From: Streblomastix strix
Taxonomy: Eukaryota
Direction of reading: 5' to 3'
Length of the DNA stretch: 49,791 bases
Assembly: GCA_008636045.1 (NCBI GenBank)
Contig: SNRW01000008.1
Location: 1-49,791 of the forward strand
The notes beneath the pieces were generated by a model. It saw only the letters and a program-made list of their open reading frames with translations. It was not told where the DNA came from and searched no databases. Below are positions 41,351-49,791 of the stretch, piece after piece; position 1 is the stretch's first letter; every line of letters begins with the position of its first letter. Made by a program: the position numbers and the translations under genes.

Positions 41351-43449
41351 CACTTTTATCAAAATCGTTGTAGCTAATTTATTAAATGAAGGTAATGATT
41401 AATTAAAAGCTATATAATGATTCACAGAAAAACTATAATATTAATAAAAATGAAATTTAATAAAAATAAACATAATAAAATAATAAAAATATAATTCATA
41501 AAAAATTATCTTCCGTATCTTAAATTTATTTCTATAAATAATAACTCAGAATACATCATGTAATATAAAATTTGATTATCAGTAAAAAATCAAGATATAT
41601 TATAATGTTCTTGATTAGTAAATTATAAAAATATAAAAAAATAAAAATAGAGTATAATATCTTATATGGAGTAAGGATTGTTTTAAAGTTGATCTAATTA
41701 GAAAGAATGTATTTATGCACATTAAAATTGATTTTAAATAATATAAATTATTAAAGTGGAAAGGTAAAATCAAAATTATAATATAAAATGTCAAAATATT
41801 CGAATTTAGAAAAAATATTATGTATAATTGTGTTTTATTGTATATATCATAATTTATACATACAATTAATACTTTGAAAATAGACAAATATATAGCACAT
41901 AGGAAGATATTTATAAAATATATAATCATTGATTTTCTATGCTTTTATTATTCTAATCGAAAATTTATTAATAAATTACTATTTAATTTTATGCATATTT
42001 TATTTATATATTTACTACAGGACTTATGAACATATATGGCTTTCGCGATTGAAGAACCATTTTTCAAATAATCATGTTGAGGAAAATTTTTTCCCCAGCA
42101 TTTACAATTTAAAAATAATCATCGTAACTTATGTTATTAGTGATTATACATTATTAAATGTTAAATATTTTTGCAATAATTGTCCCAATGTCAAATTATG
42201 AGAATTGTAAAAAAATATGATTTTTATTTTCAAATTATTTTCACTGCCTCATTAGCATTATAAGTATCGACACATTGATGATGCACGGATATATAAGGGA
42301 GAATCAGCATTACAGAATTAGTCTGCATTGTCTGTCCCTGAAGGTCTGGAGTAAGTCATATTGCGCACTTGCTTTCTGAGAGGTTGTTGTGGTGAAATAA
42401 TATGAAAATATGTTCGTATATTTATCTCTTGTTATTTTTTGGTAGAAAACTATAAATTTATCATGTTTCAAAAATTTTCCAAAAAAATAAAAAAATATGG
42501 GCTAGATCCAGAAAACTCAAATTGCACTTCATTTAAATATCGCGTCATATCCAGTAATGATAAAGAAATGAATCTAAACGTAAATTAGTATAATTAATTG
42601 CACAAGAATATATATCGTCTCCTATATTTTAATTCAGTGAATATTAATTTAATTATTTTTGGGTATATTGATTCGCAGATGAATTAAAACTTAATAGTCC
42701 ACTATTAGTTGTATCATTTTATCTGAAATATTATTCATTGGTATCAACAAACTCACAAAATTAATTATTTCTTAGAACGTTAACCTATGAGTCAAATTTA
42801 TATCTCTAATGTCTTTCATAATTAATGTAATTGGTATTAATATATGTCTTCATCTTAATTCTGATTGGTAGAAGTTAATCAATTGCTGTCAATTTAAATA
42901 AATTATTCGGTAATTATTCTTATACCATAACTTATTTTTCTTCGGTAAATCTAAAATTCGGGGTTATCTCAATGTAGTTATAGTTTAAATATTATATTAA
43001 ATTAATTGGTACATTACAGATACTATTATCTTAAAATTAATTATACCCTTACGGGGTAGTAGTTTTCCATTAAACAAATTCCTATTCGTTAATTAATCAA
43101 AGTACTCATAAGTAACTTCAAGATAATGGGATTTATTCATTATATTATCCCTTTCATTAACCCATCGTAAATTTTATATATGATTATCCGTTTTGACTTA
43201 AGATTTATGATCTAAGAATTAATGATTATTCGGTAACAATTCGCAAATTATCACGTCTTCTGATTAGATAAACACTAATTCATGAGATATTTAAATATCT
43301 ACGCAAAAATTAATCATATTAACTTTTTCAATTAATTTAAATGGATGACCTTGAACTTTCAACCAAGGAATCATTATAAGCGATGAATGATGAATTAGAT
43401 AAAATTTGAGAAATAGATAATGAATAAAAATAATTTGTACAATTACATG

Positions 43450-44680
43450 AAAAATTTGCACCCTTCATTAAATAGTAAATAATTATATACTTCATTTATT
43501 TTAGTTAATAAATCAGAAAATCAAGAGATTACATTACACTAGATACAGAATAAATAACAACTGGTAAAAAAAATTAACGCACTAACAGCTAATTAATTAA
43601 CTAGTACAATTCGAGCTAACTTAAGTGAAATCAGTGCTGATGATATTGAAGCAACATAAATTAAGTTATCAGATGGTCCTTCAAATTATATATTACTAGT
43701 TAATGGATACATAACAGATTTAGATTAATTTTTACTAAAAGAACGATCGTTTGCTTTTGGAGATCTAACTCTATAATTAACTACANNNNNNNNNNNNNNN
43801 NNNNNNNNNNNNNNNNNNNNNNNNNNNNNNNNNNNNNNNNNNNNNNNNNNNNNNNNNNNNNNNNNNNNNNNNNNNNNNNNNNNNNAATTAAGTTATCAGA
43901 TGGTCCTTCAAATTATATATTACTAGTTAATGGATACATAACAGATTTAGATTAATTTTTACTAAAAGAACGATCGTTTGCTTTTGGAGATCTAACTCTA
44001 TAATTAACTACAGACTTTGATATCAAATTAGGTGGATTAAAAATAAATTGGGGACTAAATAAAAATTTTGATAGTAATATTTATTTGGGAACTAATGTCT
44101 GTGATAGTTTCTAAATAATTGACGATCATGCCACACTTATTCCTACTTTAGAATATAGTTGAACGTTGAATTCGAAATTAACTAATACAACTACTGGATT
44201 TAGGAATGAATAACCATTCCAGATATAGAAAAAGTGTGATGAAAATTTTTTAAATAGAAGTATTTTTTTCGTTAAAAATTAAAATTAATTTATATTAAAT
44301 GGATAAATTTTTTCACCATAAACTGCAATAAGAGGCAATTTCACGTAGCAGATAATATAACTAGGTCAAGTTAAGATTCATTAGTTTTACATAGTAGTGA
44401 AATAGCTTATGTTAGTTTATATTTCCTTTGGACATCTTAAGGTGGGACAACTTACGATCAAATAATAATGGAAACTGTAGATGATAATTTTATCCATAAA
44501 TTTACTGATACACATTATATGTAACAGTTAACGGCATCATCAGCTAATATAAATTAATATCTAGATTGTATAATTAATTAATATAGCTAAATAATTATTA
44601 ATTCTAATTCACTTATTTCAATTCCAGCATCGTTAAATGTGGAAATTAATGGAACATATTTAATCAATAATGTCGTTTAA
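43450..44680 (+). pseudogene. Fibre-like protein homologous to 23450-24340
   Basis: TLDTEQITTGKK, YILLVNG, LGTNVC, SLVLHSSEI, IPASLNVEIN; spans the assembly gap. Confidence 0.55.
43786..43885. other. Assembly gap (100 N) flanked by a 127-bp duplication
   Basis: 43659-43785 is identical to 43886-44012. Confidence 0.95.
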
Positions 44681-44829
44681 ATATTTCAAAAATATGAAGT
44701 ACTAGAGGATGGATTAATTTTTAACACTAATTCAAGAGAGCAAAATTTTCCCCTAAAATTTTAAATAGACTGCCAAAATTATGGTACTCAATTTTAGCGT
44801 TTTAATATATCGAAAATTTTAAACGATTT

Positions 44830-45816
44830 GTTTATTATGAAAAATTCAAATTTCTGTAAACTGTTATATATATAATTGTAAATTCTTATACATTTAATTC
44901 TTCTACATTATTTTCTTCATATATTTATTTCAAATCTTATTCTGATATATTAACCCCAACTGCAATTACGTAGCATAATACACCAGCTGATTTAAACAAA
45001 TAACCTAGCCTTTACACTAAAATAATATGGTATTTTTACTATTTCTGCTATCGGAAGCCAAGCGAGTGATAGATCTGGCTAACTCAATACCGTACCGTTA
45101 AATGTCTGTATTAGATTTAATGTCATCAAAGATCATTAAAGTTGAAAGTAATGATGAGTTAATTAATATGGGTATTTTTAAAATTGTTAATCACCATCTT
45201 GCTCAACAATTTTTAATTTCTTCGAATATTTAATCCCTTTATTTATTGTAGGAACGTTGAATCGCGTAATAGTTGTGGGCTAACTATATTAATTAAATAT
45301 TTTTATATATTTTATTTGGAAAATTTCTCGTAAACTATGTTGATATTATTTATCTGTTTCCTATTCTCCTCGCAAGTCTTTTTATTTATTTTTATCGATT
45401 ATTGATTCTTTCATTCTAGTTATACAATCAGATTCTTATTTAATATCTCATTCTTTTAATTTCCTATAAATATATATTTTTTTCACTTTATATTTAATTT
45501 CATCGAATTACAGTAGGAATTATTGAGCTTATGTGAAAGTAATATTAATTAATTTTAAACGTTTACTATTTATATTAATCGCCATTGTCTCGTCCGGTCC
45601 GAAGTTAGAGGAATATAATATATAAGGATTAATGCACCGTTAATATAATACTATTAATTTCTCCATTTATGTTGTTTTGCCACTTCCAACCGATCCAACT
45701 AAATAATGATTTGCGTTAATGAGAAAGATAGAATGAGGTGCTAGTGGCCTAATTTTATATTATTATAATTGTGAGTAATCGTCAAACTATACTTAATTTT
45801 TTTATTAGATGCTCAT
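44830..45816 (-). pseudogene. Packaging ATPase, second copy
   Basis: HYLVGSVGSGKTT; LMIFDDIKSNTDI; collinear with 21916-22946. Confidence 0.85.
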
Positions 45817-45848
45817 TTAAAAAAATATTTGCATTTGATTAGAGAAAT

Positions 45849-46420
45849 TCACCTTCGTTAATTCTAGTCCTTTTGCGTAGAATAATTTTTATTATAGTTG
45901 ATATATTTTCATTCATGCATTGTAACATGAAGGGTGTAAGATCAGTCGAGCTACTTTTGATGAGTTACATGCGCATTTTCTCAGCGTCGGAGTTTATTGA
46001 TGCTAACCAGATTCTTTCATCATCAGCAGTTGTTAGCTGAAACTGGGTTCCAAGTAATCGCCTTTCGGATTTGGAAAAGAAGTTCTGAGCATTTATTTCG
46101 GCAACAGGCATGTTTTATTCAAAAATGAAGATTCTTCTAGTCATTTTGTCAAATTGAACTAATATTTCGATGGAATTCATGAAGTTATCTTCTTTGCCGA
46201 CGATTTCATGCTCTAATGCTCTGTAATTGTCTGGTATTCAGCCCAAACGTTCAAAAAATCAACTTTTGTGTCAGGACGCTTACCGAGTGTGCGCGGAGCC
46301 TCCGATTCCTTGTTTGGCCCTTGAATTAAACTTGATTACGATGCTAAGGATGTCTCCTGTTCTGTTTGAGCGGCCATTCGTGATATTTGTACTTTTAATT
46401 GGCAGAGCCCATTAGTACAG
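45849..46420 (-). pseudogene. Hypothetical protein, GC-richer
   Basis: IPDNYRALEHEIVGKEDNFMNSIEILVQFDKMTRRIF... open for >120 codons; no family recognised. Confidence 0.35.
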
Positions 46421-47239
46421 CATAGACACTCTCAATAAAAAATGAGCACTAAGTTTGTGGATACTAAAATAATCACGAGATACTACGTGGTTTTCTTCAA
46501 TTGTCCGATATTCTTCCTTTTACTCTTAAAATTCTTTTTATGATTGTCATACTTATATATCATCAATTATTAATCAGAAAAGACAAATCCTGATAATTCT
46601 ACTCAGTTTATCTATAACAAATGCAAAAAAACATCGGTATGGATAAATCTGTAAAATTATCAAATCAAATGAATTTGCTACACTAATTCTTCATATAAAG
46701 CATGTAGAAAACAGATTAATTTAAAATATTGACGTAACGATAAGTTGTGTGGATAAATTATGCATATTATCGATTATAATGAACGATTGTAGCTATTCTC
46801 TCATGCTCTTTTAATTACAATTAAAAAATTTTATTAATCATCGAATAAAAATTTATATTTTTCGATAATTATGCGTTTCGGTCTTGACGGTTATTTATTC
46901 CGATAAGAAGAATTAAAAAATTAAATATAAAATAAATATAAAAATAAATTTAACTGTAGAGGTGTTAATAACTTTTAAAATAAGCTTCAGCTATACGTAT
47001 TAAATCTAATGTATGGTTAAGCATCACATATATATAACATACTTATTTTTTCTTTAGTTCTACATCAAATTCTACAATTTCTTTATTCTTTTGCAAATAT
47101 TCGTTTTGTAGTAATGTTTCTAGATACTTAAACTAATAGTATATTGACTCATTTATTATGAGTAGATAACAAAAATAAAAATAAGTTTTCAATAGAATTC
47201 AAAATCATCAACGGCTTCTTCCTATTCCATATGTTATTA

Positions 47240-47804
47240 TAGTTATTCTTAATAAACTTATTATTATGATGGTTTCTCCTTTTAAATAACTTATTTTAGT
47301 TATTTATATTGTTAAATTTTATATTTATATTTTTTTAATTGTTTAACAGCATCTTAGTATTATTGCATAATAAATAAATTTCCAGTCCTTAGTCTTATTA
47401 ATTCTTCTAAACCAAGCTAAGGTTTAGTTTAATAAATTTATGGTACCTTTAATGGTTTAACAACTTTTTTCAAACTTACTTCTTTTATTGTTTCTCTCGT
47501 ATTTCATTTACAGATTCCTCTTCACTTACATTTTAGTCCTCCTATGGTTCATAATTTTGAAATTTTTCATTATCTTGTTAATTTTAGTACTATTTTTAAA
47601 CTTTTTACTTTGTTTTAATTCCTCCTCCTCCTCGAACTTATTATTGTAATTTATTCAATTAAGTTTAAGATAATTATTTAGTATATTCTTTCCATCTTCG
47701 AATGCATTAATATATTTATTTATTTAGATCGCATAATCTTTGTCAATATATTCAATATTTGTTCCATTCTCTACTAAATTTTTAAAAATATGCCATAAAT
47801 TCAT
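47240..47804 (-). pseudogene. Homologue of 25374-26018
   Basis: MNLWHIFKNLVENGTNIEY...QVRGGGG. Confidence 0.5.
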
Positions 47805-47858
47805 TTAAATTTTTTTTAAATAAAGTAAAAAAAGGGTATAAAAAGAAAATCAATTTGA

Positions 47859-48600
47859 ATGTCAAAAACAAAAAAATAATTGTCTGAATATAAACATTAA
47901 GAACTTATAGATGAAGATAAAAATAGGCTTTAATTGATTTATAATGCAATAAGCAGAATCAAATCAATGTCAACAGTTGACGAAATGGTAAAATCTAAAT
48001 CGATTAAAATAATTAAATAAATTTAAGACTAAAGAGAAACAATAGAATAACCAACTGAAACTACTAGATCCTATAAAAATATAATAGAATAAAATATAGA
48101 AAACTAAACAGAACAATTGCATAAGTCGAACCATAAGAAATAGTATAATAATTAACAGAAGAATAACTTAAATGTTTGAATCTATCTCATCCAAATCTCA
48201 TTGTTTAAAAGTTTGTCTTTGATATTGTATTGTGTACGATTACTCACAGATAACGTGGTGGGGATTTTGTATTTTCATCAGTTGACTTCATTAAATTTTA
48301 GAGTTTGATTCCTTAGAATGATGAAACTGATATTGAAATAGTATTAAAAGAAGCAATAAAATAGCCACTTTCATGTTTTCTTAAAAAGTACAAAAAAGGA
48401 TCTGACTATAGTATAAAATATTCTAATCAAAATTGTTTAAGTTAAAAAACTAAATAACGATCTCTATAATTCTATTTAGAACTTATATCTGGTTAATGTT
48501 GATTTTATTGGATTTTCATGTGCACCTGAGGTTGAAATTGGAGATAGTGATTTATAATTCTGTATTAATTTTGTTGTTAGACATAAAAGGCTTTAAATAT
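47859..48600 (+). pseudogene. Homologue of 24360-25301
   Basis: MSKTKKQLSEYKHQELIDEDKNRLQLI; divergent pairing with the previous gene is conserved. Confidence 0.45.
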
Positions 48601-49791
48601 TTTTGAAATAAAAATAGAAATAAATTTAAGTAAATTAGATATGGTTGATGAAAAAAATATATAAAATTTTTCCTAAATATAAAATCCCATTAAAGAAATG
48701 CGGATAGTCATTTTTAAGTTTTAAATAAAATATTAATCTAAAACATAAAACTCGTATGCTTTTGAAGTAAATCAAATTATATTAATTGGAAAATATTCGA
48801 TATAATGAACATTTTTATTTTTTCTACTAAGAATTTAAAATTTTGAAAAATTTTCGTTTTATAAATATTAAATGAACAATATTCACTGTTAATAAACAAT
48901 TATAATAAATATTGTTGATAGAATTGCAATATTTAGCCAAAAATGATGATTATTTACACATTTGTAAATTTTGCACTCAAGCTTATCAGTAGCAAATTTT
49001 CAATATGCCCATAAACTATTTAATTTCAATTTTTCTGCAAATTTATTACTAAATACATAACAATTGACGATAATATATGTATTGCTGCATTATTATCGCT
49101 TTTAGAAATTTTGGACGCTAAACGTTTGATTTTACATGATGCATTAAACCATACACTTACCAAATCCAATTTTTTAATAAATATATTTTTATTTCAGATT
49201 TTATTATTGAATTGCATATTTTTATTTATTAGCCATTGAAAAATTGTACTTGCACGAAAAAATTTGCGTAATTGTTGACCTATTTTCAATGAAATGTTGA
49301 ATTATGTATTTTTAAAATTTTTGTTGCTTAAATCAGCAAATTAGCATAAATATAGTTAATATTTCTTTATTTTAAAAATCAAGCTTTTTTTTTGATTTTC
49401 TATTCGAACTTCACTCCTGATAATATCTATTTGATAATATAAATAATTTCTTTCATTTTACCTTATTTCAAATAATTTTCCAAAAAATTAAAAAAATTTA
49501 ATCAACTAAATACTTAAAAACATTCCAAAAATTTTTTTTCCAGATCGAGGTATAATTGAATTTTTTAAAGCCATAAATTTACTTAATTTATGGAGCAGAC
49601 CACATATTTTCTGTGCAATTTTGTTATTATCACTCTAATTATGTATTTTACATTTTCTTAAAAATGATAGTCTGCATCGATTTTCAAAAAAAAATTTACT
49701 CAATTAAAAAAAATGAATAAATGCAGTTAATTAAGATAAAATAATAGTTAGAGGAGTAGTAAATATAGTTTAATGAAAAAAATTATTTGTT

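Larger units (their letters stand above)
42540..48800. mobile_element. Fragment of a second, diverged Polinton-like element
   Basis: Five genes homologous to the main element in a different order; no TIR seen; limits approximate. Confidence 0.8.

Noticed and set aside
42270..42385. Possible C/D box snoRNA (TGATGA...CTGA)
   Set aside because: No terminal stem or rRNA-complementary guide recognised; the minus strand is equally coding-like.
43659..44012. 127-bp direct repeat
   Set aside because: Identical copies flank a 100-N gap; most likely an unmerged contig overlap.

Overview
Very AT-rich eukaryotic DNA that only reads sensibly when TAA/TAG = Gln and TGA is the sole stop, so the supplied ORF track is mostly uninformative. 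The code plus AT-rich GT-AG introns fits an oxymonad such as Streblomastix (inference; ciliates and hexamitids share the code). Contents in order: (1) 3' part of a host coiled-coil + C2 gene; (2) a degenerate hAT transposon with TIRs and an 8-bp TSD (3825-7573); (3) remnants of an older virus-like element (HNH, KilA-N, RVE integrase); (4) a ~25.6-kb Polinton/Maverick-like endogenous virus (13360-39013) with ~570-bp TIRs, encoding a putative major capsid, packaging ATPase, RVE integrase, protein-primed PolB, primase-helicase, phage-like fibre proteins and an adenovirus pVI-like amphipathic peptide; its PolB is split by a 3.16-kb inverted-repeat-bounded insert carrying a clathrin heavy chain fragment; (5) a multi-exon host gene; (6) a rearranged fragment of a related Polinton. 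Most mobile-element genes are pseudogenised. Translations were done by hand and many boundaries are approximate.
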